From Promethearchaeia archaeon (GTDB lineage Archaea > Asgardarchaeota > Lokiarchaeia > Sigyniarchaeales > SOKP01), in NCBI GenBank assembly GCA_046497275.1, contig JAWOFX010000184.1:1-16313 (forward strand): a stretch of DNA of 16,313 bases, given 5' to 3'. The position numbers and the translations under genes were made by a program. The notes under the pieces are model-generated. The model saw only the letters and a list, made by a program, of their open reading frames with translations. It did not search any database and had not been told where the DNA came from. How positions within the stretch are numbered: position 1 is the stretch's first letter; the number at the start of each line of letters is the position of its first letter. Below, piece by piece: positions 7,795 to 15,527 of this stretch.

Positions 7795-8217
7795 TTATTC
7801 TAATTCGGGAAATTTCCTTATAATATCTGGATGCTTTCGAATCTCTTGTTTCCATCTGTCATTTTTATCTATTGCAAGAGTTAAGTTTTCTCGCTCGATA
7901 GTTTGATCGGTTGGTACATAAATAAATGCTTCTTTTTTAGTTCCATCCTTTAATTTTATCACAGTTTTTGTTCGTTTATACAAACCAGAAGGAACGCCTT
8001 CATAATTATCTAACTGTATTAATTCTTTTCTAGATACGTCAAATTTTAGCGCCCAAAAAGAAGAATCTGGATCAGGAATAACATAAGGAAACCAATTACC
8101 TTCTGGGAAAATCCTTCTAAATCCAATAACTCCACATACTTTTACATTTGATTTGTCTTTCCAGTATCCTCGTGTAATAAAAGTACCATAACCGACAACA
8201 GAAAATCTCTCTGACAT
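7795..8217 (-). CDS. Gamma-glutamylcyclotransferase (GGCT/AIG2-like) family protein
   Basis: N-terminal VVGYGTF (YGS/TL motif), LDNYEG..GLYKR with the putative catalytic Glu, AFIYV. Confidence 0.8.
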   Translation of the reverse strand: MSERFSVVGYGTFITRGYWKDKSNVKVCGVIGFRRIFPEGNWFPYVIPDPDSSFWALKFDVSRKELIQLDNYEGVPSGLYKRTKTVIKLKDGTKKEAFIYVPTDQTIERENLTLAIDKNDRWKQEIRKHPDIIRKFPELE

Positions 8218-8261
8218 CTTAGATATCTCTAATTAGTCTTAGGAATTATAAATATGATCTT

Positions 8262-8269
8262 TATATAAA
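8262..8269 (-). promoter_or_regulatory. Putative TATA box (TTTATATA) for the GGCT gene
   Basis: Consensus archaeal TATA ~45 nt upstream of the ATG at 8217. Confidence 0.4.
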
Positions 8270-8300
8270 TGAAATAGAACCAAGTGTATAGTTGCTTATA

Positions 8301-8555
8301 TTACATTATTTCCGAAGCATCAGGTTTTATGAAGAGGAGATTATTGCCCCTGATAAAAATCTCACTATATTTAGCAACTGGACTTCCATCAAGGATTTCT
8401 GTTGCATCTTCGAGAATCATATTCATATAAGCATCTATTTCTTTTAGAAGACCTCTATATTCAGTTCCGTCTTTTAAACGCAACAATATCTCAGAATTTT
8501 GAGCATTCTGAAGTATTGTTAAGGGATTTTTAGATCTATCTTGCTGTTTAGACAT
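8301..8555 (-). CDS. Sm/LSm-like archaeal protein (SmAP)
   Basis: N-terminal helix PLTIL, Sm1 motif LRLKDGTEYRGLLKEIDAYMNMILEDA, Sm2 motif IFIRGNNLLFI. Confidence 0.95.
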   Translation of the reverse strand: MSKQQDRSKNPLTILQNAQNSEILLRLKDGTEYRGLLKEIDAYMNMILEDATEILDGSPVAKYSEIFIRGNNLLFIKPDASEIM

Positions 8556-8650
8556 ACTATTTTAAACCTTCAATAAAAAAATTTGTTAAAGTTATTTAAT
8601 GCTATTAAAATTTAATAGAATTAAAATTTATTGGTCATTATATATTCAAG

Positions 8651-9241
8651 ATGGATAATTTAAACAAAAAGAAAAAAATCAAAGGAAAATATAATTCTAC
8701 TTCTTACTTTTATGATGAAAGATATAAAGAGATTCAATTTGAAAAATACCAAAGAATTATTAAAAGAAAGGATTTAAAAAATAGGACTATTTTAGATGCA
8801 GGATGCGGGACTGGTCTCATTTCAGAATTTTTCCAAGAAGAGTATGATGTAATTGATCAAAGTAATTTTAAATATGTTGGTGTAGATCTCTCTATTGAGA
8901 TGATTAATATCTTTAAGAAAAAGCTTGGAAAGGTATACAGAAAAGCTTTGGGATTTTTTAATCTCATTTTAGCTGATCTAGAGAACTTACCTTTCAGAGT
9001 AGACAGTTTTAATCTCTTAATTTCTATTACATCCTATCAAAATTTGCCAGATGTGAAGAGAGGGGTAAAAGAATCTTTAAGAACTTTGAGAGAAAAATCA
9101 TTTATAATTATTTCAATATTAAAAAAGAAATTAGATAAAGAAACTTTGATTTCCTTATTGGAGGATGAAATCGAGATTATTAAATTTATAAATGATAATA
9201 AGCTTGAGGACTTTCTCATAAGTGGAAGAAAAATCAATTAG
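8651..9241 (+). CDS. Class I SAM-dependent methyltransferase
   Basis: Motif I ILDAGCGTG, VGVDLS..M, ADLENLPF..DSFNLLIS. Confidence 0.9.
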   Translation: MDNLNKKKKIKGKYNSTSYFYDERYKEIQFEKYQRIIKRKDLKNRTILDAGCGTGLISEFFQEEYDVIDQSNFKYVGVDLSIEMINIFKKKLGKVYRKALGFFNLILADLENLPFRVDSFNLLISITSYQNLPDVKRGVKESLRTLREKSFIIISILKKKLDKETLISLLEDEIEIIKFINDNKLEDFLISGRKIN

Positions 9242-9268
9242 AATATAGCCGAATTTATAAAAAATGAA

Positions 9269-10147
9269 TCAATTATCTATAAAAGATTCTAAAATCTCAT
9301 CAGTTTCACACTCAATATGATATTTCTTTCGAAAATAGATACAAATATTATCTATATCTCGTCTCAAAATCTTAATAGCATTTGGGTGATCTGCCGAAAC
9401 CGATTGAAGCCAATCAATAATTAAAATATTTCCTTCTTCATCAGCAACAACATTGAATTCTCCCATATCACCATGAATAAGATTACCCTCTTGATAGATA
9501 TGCCTCATTTGATTGATAATCTGTTCGAAGATAAACTGAGGATCATCAATATCCTTATAATATGCAAGTTCCTTCCCTCTTAAATATTCCATAACGATAA
9601 TATGTCTATTATAACCGATTGGCTTTGGAGTGTTCAAATCAAGTTTATATATTTTATTTAATGCTTTAAATTCTCTTTTTGCTGCTAAACGATTAACATA
9701 TAACCATGATATATGAGTCCTATTTCCAATGATATTTCTATAGCGTTTTATATTTCTAAAAGAGGTTCGTCCAATTCTATAGATTTTTAAAGCATAAATA
9801 TTCTCCTCATCATCCATACAACTATACACATCTGATTCCTTCCCTTTTCCCAGTAAAGGACCGAGTTGGCTTATGAGTTCCTGCTCTACAAGAGTATGTA
9901 GCGCTAGCACATCATATCCAATAGAATTTAATTTATATGAAACTACATATTTAGCCGCATTCCTGATAATAAGGTCATTTTTGTGTACTTTCTTCAGCCT
10001 ATATAAAGTTTCCTCCATAGGATACCTCGAATAGAATCGGATATCACTAACTTTTACAAATTCTGATGTTTTCATACCTTGCTCAATAGCCATCAGAATC
10101 CTGAAATCTTCTTTTTCAAGTTCAAGGAGAATTTTACCTGCTTCCAT
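9269..10147 (-). CDS. rio2: Rio2 atypical Ser/Thr kinase/ATPase (small-subunit ribosome maturation)
   Basis: N-terminal winged helix (EDFRILMAIEQGMK...GYDVLAL), P-loop GKGKESDVY, ALKIYRIGRTSFR, catalytic loop IHGDMGEFNV, metal loop IIDWLQ. Confidence 0.93.
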   Translation of the reverse strand: MEAGKILLELEKEDFRILMAIEQGMKTSEFVKVSDIRFYSRYPMEETLYRLKKVHKNDLIIRNAAKYVVSYKLNSIGYDVLALHTLVEQELISQLGPLLGKGKESDVYSCMDDEENIYALKIYRIGRTSFRNIKRYRNIIGNRTHISWLYVNRLAAKREFKALNKIYKLDLNTPKPIGYNRHIIVMEYLRGKELAYYKDIDDPQFIFEQIINQMRHIYQEGNLIHGDMGEFNVVADEEGNILIIDWLQSVSADHPNAIKILRRDIDNICIYFRKKYHIECETDEILESFIDN

Positions 10148-10231
10148 TTCTTTTCACATTTTCCATTTAAATTTCCAAAAAGATTTATCGCCCTATTTCA
10201 AAATTTATCAATGAAAGAATGATAAATTCAA

Positions 10232-11023
10232 TTATTTAGAAATAAAAATATATCTTTTATAGGTTTTATAAAAATTATATAATTTGTAAAGATTTGGTAC
10301 TATCACTATTAAAAGTTCGATTAAATTTAAGATTATAAATATATCGAAGTCAGTTTTTAATATTAAAAATAATTCTTCGGTTGATCCCTCTTGATGAATA
10401 AATAGAAAAATTCCCTGGTTTATATAAACTAAAATTCCTATATCAATAATCAATCCTAATAAAGAAAATATGAAGATCCCAAGATCTCTTTCAAAAGCAC
10501 TTATAATAATATTTAATGTAAAAATGATAAGGGTTGTTATGGTTAAAATTCTATAAATGTTTAGGTATAAAAAGTATGAACTAGAAGAGATGAAGTAGGT
10601 ATCCCCAATAGAAGGAGTATAAAGTAATGAAAGAATTAAAAATATCGATGAAAATTTTAAAATAGAAATAATAATTAAAAATAGAAACGATAATTTGATT
10701 GTGAAGAATCTGCTGTATTTTAATTTACCCATCTCTTTATTTTCTTTTGTAATTTTTAACATGGAATCAATTTCTGTCTTTACTAATAGAGGGAAATCTT
10801 CTTCTTTTTCAAAAATTTTCCAAGTCTCCTCAGAATAATTTGATATTATCGTGAACAATTTTTCCTTAGCGTTTTTCAGCTTATTTTTTTTAATTTCAGG
10901 TCCAGTCCAAATATAAATAATCTTTTTAGTACTATCAATTACAACACAGATATCATGAAAAAGCAGGATTTGTTCCTCTTCAATCCACCTATTCTCTTCA
11001 TTAAAAATAAAAGTTCGAAGCAT
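10232..11023 (-). CDS. Membrane protein: N-terminal gelsolin-like domain (aa ~1-90) plus about four transmembrane helices
   Basis: LLFHDICVVIDSTKKIIYIWTGPE resembles the gelsolin-repeat core (L-x3-D-x-h-h-h-D-x4/5-IYhW-x-G) followed by a long helix. Hydrophobic segments at aa ~109-135, ~155-177, ~181-209 and ~226-246. The CDS itself is high confidence; the domain call is moderate. Confidence 0.62.
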   Translation of the reverse strand: MLRTFIFNEENRWIEEEQILLFHDICVVIDSTKKIIYIWTGPEIKKNKLKNAKEKLFTIISNYSEETWKIFEKEEDFPLLVKTEIDSMLKITKENKEMGKLKYSRFFTIKLSFLFLIIISILKFSSIFLILSLLYTPSIGDTYFISSSSYFLYLNIYRILTITTLIIFTLNIIISAFERDLGIFIFSLLGLIIDIGILVYINQGIFLFIHQEGSTEELFLILKTDFDIFIILNLIELLIVIVPNLYKLYNFYKTYKRYIFISK

Positions 11024-11201
11024 CTTTTCATTAAAATAAAATCTTTTTAATTAATATCCTTTTCTATAAATAATATAATCAGATTGAATTTTTTGTAGAA
11101 GTTATAATCAAATCATTCTGTATGTTGAAAAAAACTCAAAATTATGAGAGATGGCTGAAACTTTTTTTATGGATAAATAAGGAAATTTATGATAAAAGTT
11201 A

Positions 11202-12095
11202 TCATTTTATTCTATTTTTTATCTCTTTCCATAGATCTTGAATATATATTTCATATTCTTTTATGATTTCGTCTGTAATTCCTGAAAACCTCTTCTGGGA
11301 TTTAAGATATTGTTCTATTGGAGTTCTTTTTTCCGGATCTATATATTTTTTACTCGTTTTTGAAAGATTAAATTTGCCGTGTTCAACTTCATAGAGAGGC
11401 CAGAACCCAGTTTCAACTGCTAATCGTCCAATTTTTATGGTATCTTTTGGATCATATCCCCAACCAGGAGGACATGGTGCTAAAATATGGAGATATTTTG
11501 TTCCCTCAATTGAATGTGCTTTTTGAAATTTTTCATAAATATCAAGAGGATAGGCTGCACAAGCAGTTGCCACATACGGAATCCCATGTGCCTCTAAAAT
11601 TTTTGGCATATTTTTTTTATGACCGAGTTTCCCATCTGGAGTTGTTGTACTGAAAGCTCCCAATGGAGTAGATCCACTTCTCTGGACGCCTGTGTTCATA
11701 TATGCTTCATTATCATAACATGCATAGATAAAATTTGTCCCACGTTCTGCAGCACCGCTTAACGCTTGAATACCAATATCAGTGGTTCCTCCATCACCCG
11801 CAAAAGCAACCGTACAGATTTCTTTATCCAATCCTTTATCTTCCAAAGATGCCACTATACCAGAGGCAGATGCACCAGTTGTAGCGAACGGAGTATGGAG
11901 TACTGAGAGTTTAGTCGAGCAAAATCCTTGCATTCCATGAAGAACTGTAAGGCACGAAGCTGGTACTGTAAGAATTGTTTTAGGACCTAAAGCTTTTAAA
12001 GCGATTCTATATATTAAAGCCATCCCACACCCTGCACAAGCTCGTGTTCCTGGATAAATGAACTCTTCTTCTCTAAGATCCATTATATTAACCAT
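11202..12095 (-). CDS. porB: 2-oxoacid:ferredoxin oxidoreductase beta subunit (TPP-binding, POR type)
   Basis: CAGCG, TPP motif GDGG...DNEAYMNTGVQRS, APCPPGW. The start overlaps the porA stop (TAATG). Confidence 0.93.
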   Translation of the reverse strand: MVNIMDLREEEFIYPGTRACAGCGMALIYRIALKALGPKTILTVPASCLTVLHGMQGFCSTKLSVLHTPFATTGASASGIVASLEDKGLDKEICTVAFAGDGGTTDIGIQALSGAAERGTNFIYACYDNEAYMNTGVQRSGSTPLGAFSTTTPDGKLGHKKNMPKILEAHGIPYVATACAAYPLDIYEKFQKAHSIEGTKYLHILAPCPPGWGYDPKDTIKIGRLAVETGFWPLYEVEHGKFNLSKTSKKYIDPEKRTPIEQYLKSQKRFSGITDEIIKEYEIYIQDLWKEIKNRIK

Positions 12096-13375
12096 TATTT
12101 ATCTTCACCTCCTTTTAGAAAATCTAACTCATCCAATTTTAATCCAATAAATTCTGTTTTACTTGAAATTTCATTATTTTCAGCATATTTAAGTCCCTTT
12201 TTTACACCGTGGATAATCTGATCATCATTAACATCCCTTCCTCCTAAACCTATTATAAAACCTTTAATAAATGGTGGATTTTTAAGGCCATACAAACTAG
12301 CTTTTAATTCATATGATAAGACTCCTTCATGTCCATACCCTATATCTCTGTCGAAAACTATGACATTTTTGAATTTTTTAAACAGGTTTCGTAATTCGGT
12401 GGCAGGAAAGGGTCTAAAAAGCTTTAAACTTACAAGTCCAATATTCATACCTTCTTTTCTCAATTTATCAATTGCGCTTCTTGATTGTGATGCTACAGAT
12501 CCCATAGCAAATATAACTGTATCAGCATCATTAGTCATATGGGTTTTATAGATGCCATTACCGTAGGATCTTCCAAATGTATTAGCAAAATCATCATGAA
12601 CTTCTCTTATGATATTTATAGAATTTTCGAGAGCCTTTTGTAACGAATATCTATATTCATAATACCCTGGGGCAGTACCTTCGTCTCTTTTTACAATATG
12701 GGGAGTAGTTACCGGATCCACTCCCTTGATTTGACTAAGATCTGATAAATTAATATGATGTTGTAATGGAGGTAAAAAATTATCGATTGTTTCTTGAGGT
12801 TCTAAAGTTATTGGCATCATGGTATGACTTAGTATATATCCGTCATAACCTACAATAGCAGGAATAAAAACTCGGGGATCCTCTGCAATTTTAAATGCTT
12901 GAATATTTGTGTCATATATTTCTTGATTATCTTCGCAGAACATTTGAATCCACCCAACATCTCGCACGGTTATAAAATCTTGATGATCAGTCCATACACT
13001 CCATGGAGCTCCGAGAGCCCTCGTTGCTAAGTTAATTACTATTGGCAAGCGGTTTCCAGAAGCCCAAGGGAGCATCTCATACATTAGTTCTAAGCCATGA
13101 GCAGAAGTTGCTGTGCATACCCTAGATCCAGTAGCTGAAGCCGCGCAACACACAGCAAGAGCAGAATGTTCTGATTCAACTTTCACGAATCTCGCTTTCA
13201 TTTTTCCCTTAGAAATGAAATCAGAAATTTTTTCAACCACTGGACTTTGAGGGGTTATAGGATAAGCTGAAATAACCTCCACGTTAGCTTGCCGAAATGC
13301 ATGAGCTGCTGCATGATTTCCGGTGACTATTTTGGTGATTTTTTTGGTATTATTTGATTCAATAGATTGAGTCAT
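12095..13375 (-). CDS. porA: 2-oxoacid:ferredoxin oxidoreductase alpha subunit
   Basis: YPITPQS, ESEHSA, TATSAHG, DGYILSH, GLGGRD. Substrate specificity cannot be read from the sequence. Confidence 0.93.
   Translation of the reverse strand: MTQSIESNNTKKITKIVTGNHAAAHAFRQANVEVISAYPITPQSPVVEKISDFISKGKMKARFVKVESEHSALAVCCAASATGSRVCTATSAHGLELMYEMLPWASGNRLPIVINLATRALGAPWSVWTDHQDFITVRDVGWIQMFCEDNQEIYDTNIQAFKIAEDPRVFIPAIVGYDGYILSHTMMPITLEPQETIDNFLPPLQHHINLSDLSQIKGVDPVTTPHIVKRDEGTAPGYYEYRYSLQKALENSINIIREVHDDFANTFGRSYGNGIYKTHMTNDADTVIFAMGSVASQSRSAIDKLRKEGMNIGLVSLKLFRPFPATELRNLFKKFKNVIVFDRDIGYGHEGVLSYELKASLYGLKNPPFIKGFIIGLGGRDVNDDQIIHGVKKGLKYAENNEISSKTEFIGLKLDELDFLKGGEDK
12105..12112 (-). promoter_or_regulatory. 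Shine-Dalgarno GGAGGTGA for porB, inside the 3' end of porA
   Basis: Full archaeal SD consensus, 9 nt before the ATG at 12095. Confidence 0.75.
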
Positions 13376-13672
13376 TTACTCTTTCACCTCCTCCATAGTG
13401 ATAGCACCTACAGGACATTCTTCCATACAAATCCCACATCCTTTACAGTAAGTGAAATCAATTTTAGGGGGAATAGTTCTGGTAATCACTGCTTCAGGAC
13501 AATATAGCCAACAATTAAAACATGCGAACTTTCCAGATTTTGCGGGAATACACACTTCTAAATTTATTATGGGTTTTAAAGGAGACCATGTACCTGTTTT
13601 GCCAGCTTCTCCGATAACCGGTTTCTGAATTGATGATAAAATCTTCTGATAATCTTTTTTGGAATCATTCAT
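13376..13672 (-). CDS. porD: 2-oxoacid:ferredoxin oxidoreductase delta subunit (2x[4Fe-4S] ferredoxin-like)
   Basis: KTGTW...P, first motif C-x9-C-x2-C-x3-CP, second motif YCKGCGICMEECP. Abuts the porA start. Confidence 0.9.
   Translation of the reverse strand: MNDSKKDYQKILSSIQKPVIGEAGKTGTWSPLKPIINLEVCIPAKSGKFACFNCWLYCPEAVITRTIPPKIDFTYCKGCGICMEECPVGAITMEEVKE
13384..13391 (-). promoter_or_regulatory. Shine-Dalgarno GGAGGTGA for porA, inside the 3' end of porD
   Basis: Full archaeal SD consensus, 8 nt before the ATG at 13375. Confidence 0.75.
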
Positions 13673-13715
13673 ATTGATCGAATTTTTCTTATATTACTAT
13701 AATAAGGAGAGAAAA

Positions 13716-13723
13716 ATATAAAA
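13716..13723 (-). promoter_or_regulatory. Putative internal TATA box (TTTTATAT) upstream of porD
   Basis: Lies ~44 nt upstream of the porD ATG in the 220-nt porG-porD gap. porD has no SD. Confidence 0.3.
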
Positions 13724-13892
13724 TTCTTACAATTTACAAAGATAAGTATCATCAAAATTGTTTAAAAACGTATATTTTTTATAAAATTCCTTAATAAAAG
13801 TCAATTGAAAAACTTCTCGACTTTTTAATATTTTTTTAAAGAATTAAAACAGAATATAGAAAACCAAAATGGCTTTATAAATAAGTAAAAGA

Positions 13893-14486
13893 TTAAATAA
13901 TTTTGGCTAAATTATAACCTTTTTCCATCAATCTATTGTTTAATTGACTCAATTTCGGATTCATACGATTATTTATAATTTTTTTCAGATTCTCCAAGCT
14001 CAAATCTGGAAGAGCTTTTGCTAACAATCCTAAGATTGGTGTGTTAATTATTGGATTTCCATCAATGATAAGATTATTTTCCATTGACAATTTATTGATA
14101 TCTGCGACAATAATTTTTGTAGTATCGCTTAGAGAATAATTCATTTTAAAGAAATCAGGATTTTTATCTGAATTTGCAATAAAAATTCCATCTTTTTTAA
14201 GGGAAGAGGCAATATCTGTAGTGAGCACGCTTTCATCAAAAACGATTAGAATGTCTGGATTTGCGATAGCCGAACGATCCCAAATTTTTTTGGTTTTTGA
14301 TAATTTGGCATATGCTTGAATTGGCGCACCTCTACGTTCTGCACCAAAACTTGGAAAAGCCACAACATCCATAAAATTTCCGCTCATATATGCAGCTTCA
14401 ACTATAATTTGAGAAGCGGTAACAGCCCCTTGACCACCTCGACCATGTATTACAATTTTAATTATTTCGCTTTCCTTATTTGTCAT
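13893..14486 (-). CDS. porG: 2-oxoacid:ferredoxin oxidoreductase gamma subunit
   Basis: IHGRGGQGAVTA, FPSFGAERRGAPI, PDILIVFD, PIINTPILG. Confidence 0.93.
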   Translation of the reverse strand: MTNKESEIIKIVIHGRGGQGAVTASQIIVEAAYMSGNFMDVVAFPSFGAERRGAPIQAYAKLSKTKKIWDRSAIANPDILIVFDESVLTTDIASSLKKDGIFIANSDKNPDFFKMNYSLSDTTKIIVADINKLSMENNLIIDGNPIINTPILGLLAKALPDLSLENLKKIINNRMNPKLSQLNNRLMEKGYNLAKII

Positions 14487-14668
14487 TTTTATTCAGATTT
14501 AGTTATTTCTTATTCTATTTATCTCATTTAATAGGAAATTCACATGGAAATTAAAATTTTTTTGAAAACTAGAGAGATTCATAACATTATTCGTAAAAAA
14601 TTTAATAATTCCAACATCAATTAAAAAGTAAATATATAATTTTGATATTAAAATAAAATAAAAAAAGA

Positions 14669-15511
14669 GTGAAGGAATTGCGAAATGAAAAGGGATTTTT
14701 CGAAGGATATAAAGGAAGAAAATTGTTTTATCAATATTGGATTCCCGAATCTGGAGACTTTAAAGCAAGTCTCATCGTATTACATGGATTAGGCACTCAT
14801 TCTCATCGAATAGAAACACCAGCGGAATTTTTTACAGAAAAAGGATATGGTGTTTTTTCTTTTGATTTGCGTGGGCATTGGATGAATATTAAAGAAGTTC
14901 CAGGTCATATTGAAAATATTGAAGATATCGAAAATGATATTAGTTTATTCAAGGATTTTATTATTAAGGAGACAGGAGAAAAGCCCTTTTTCCTAATGGG
15001 TCATTCTTTGGGAGGACTCGCGACCTTAATTTACGCGATCAATCATTCTGATATCGTTGGTGTGCTCGTTTCCTCACCTTTACTCAGTTTTAGTTCTGAT
15101 ATTTTTCTAGAAAAAAAAGTCGGCTCTTTTCTTGCTAAAATAAATCCTACAAGGATAATTGAATTTGAAATTGACCAAAATAAATTAACAACTGATTTAA
15201 AGCTTTTACGAAAACAAATCGCAGACAAACATAAACTTACACAAATTACATATAACACTTATTCGGAAATAGATAGTGCAATGAAGCGGGTAATGAAGAA
15301 CGCCTTAAATTTGACTTGTCCTATTTTTATTATGCAAGCTGGTAACGATAAAATTACTGATAAAAAACAAGTAAGAATATTTTTTAAAAGAGTCAATTCT
15401 AAAGATAAGAGTTATAGGGAATATGATGGATTTCTCCACGACTTATGGCATGAAAAGGGAAGAGCCCAAGTTTATAGGGATATGTTTATCTGGCTTGAAA
15501 AACATCTTTAA
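14669..15511 (+). CDS. Lysophospholipase / monoacylglycerol lipase-like alpha/beta hydrolase (PldB/Hydrolase_4 type)
   Basis: GTG start. LFYQYW, VLHGLGTHS, FDLRGH, GHSLGG, QAGNDKI, GFLHDL give an intact Ser-Asp-His triad. Confidence 0.9.
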   Translation: MKELRNEKGFFEGYKGRKLFYQYWIPESGDFKASLIVLHGLGTHSHRIETPAEFFTEKGYGVFSFDLRGHWMNIKEVPGHIENIEDIENDISLFKDFIIKETGEKPFFLMGHSLGGLATLIYAINHSDIVGVLVSSPLLSFSSDIFLEKKVGSFLAKINPTRIIEFEIDQNKLTTDLKLLRKQIADKHKLTQITYNTYSEIDSAMKRVMKNALNLTCPIFIMQAGNDKITDKKQVRIFFKRVNSKDKSYREYDGFLHDLWHEKGRAQVYRDMFIWLEKHL

Positions 15512-15527
15512 CAGAATTGAAACATGA

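Noticed and set aside
9037-9237. 66-aa - strand ORF
   Set aside because: Antisense inside the SAM methyltransferase.
11447-12551. + strand ORFs 11447..11653 and 12360..12551
   Set aside because: Antisense inside porB and porA.
13673-13892. Possible ncRNA or small ORF in the porG-porD gap
   Set aside because: Extremely AT-rich, with no stable GC stem, no C/D or H/ACA boxes I can support, and no credible ORF.
14316-15258. ORFs 14316..14531 (+) and 15043..15258 (-)
   Set aside because: Antisense to porG and to the lipase, with no motifs.
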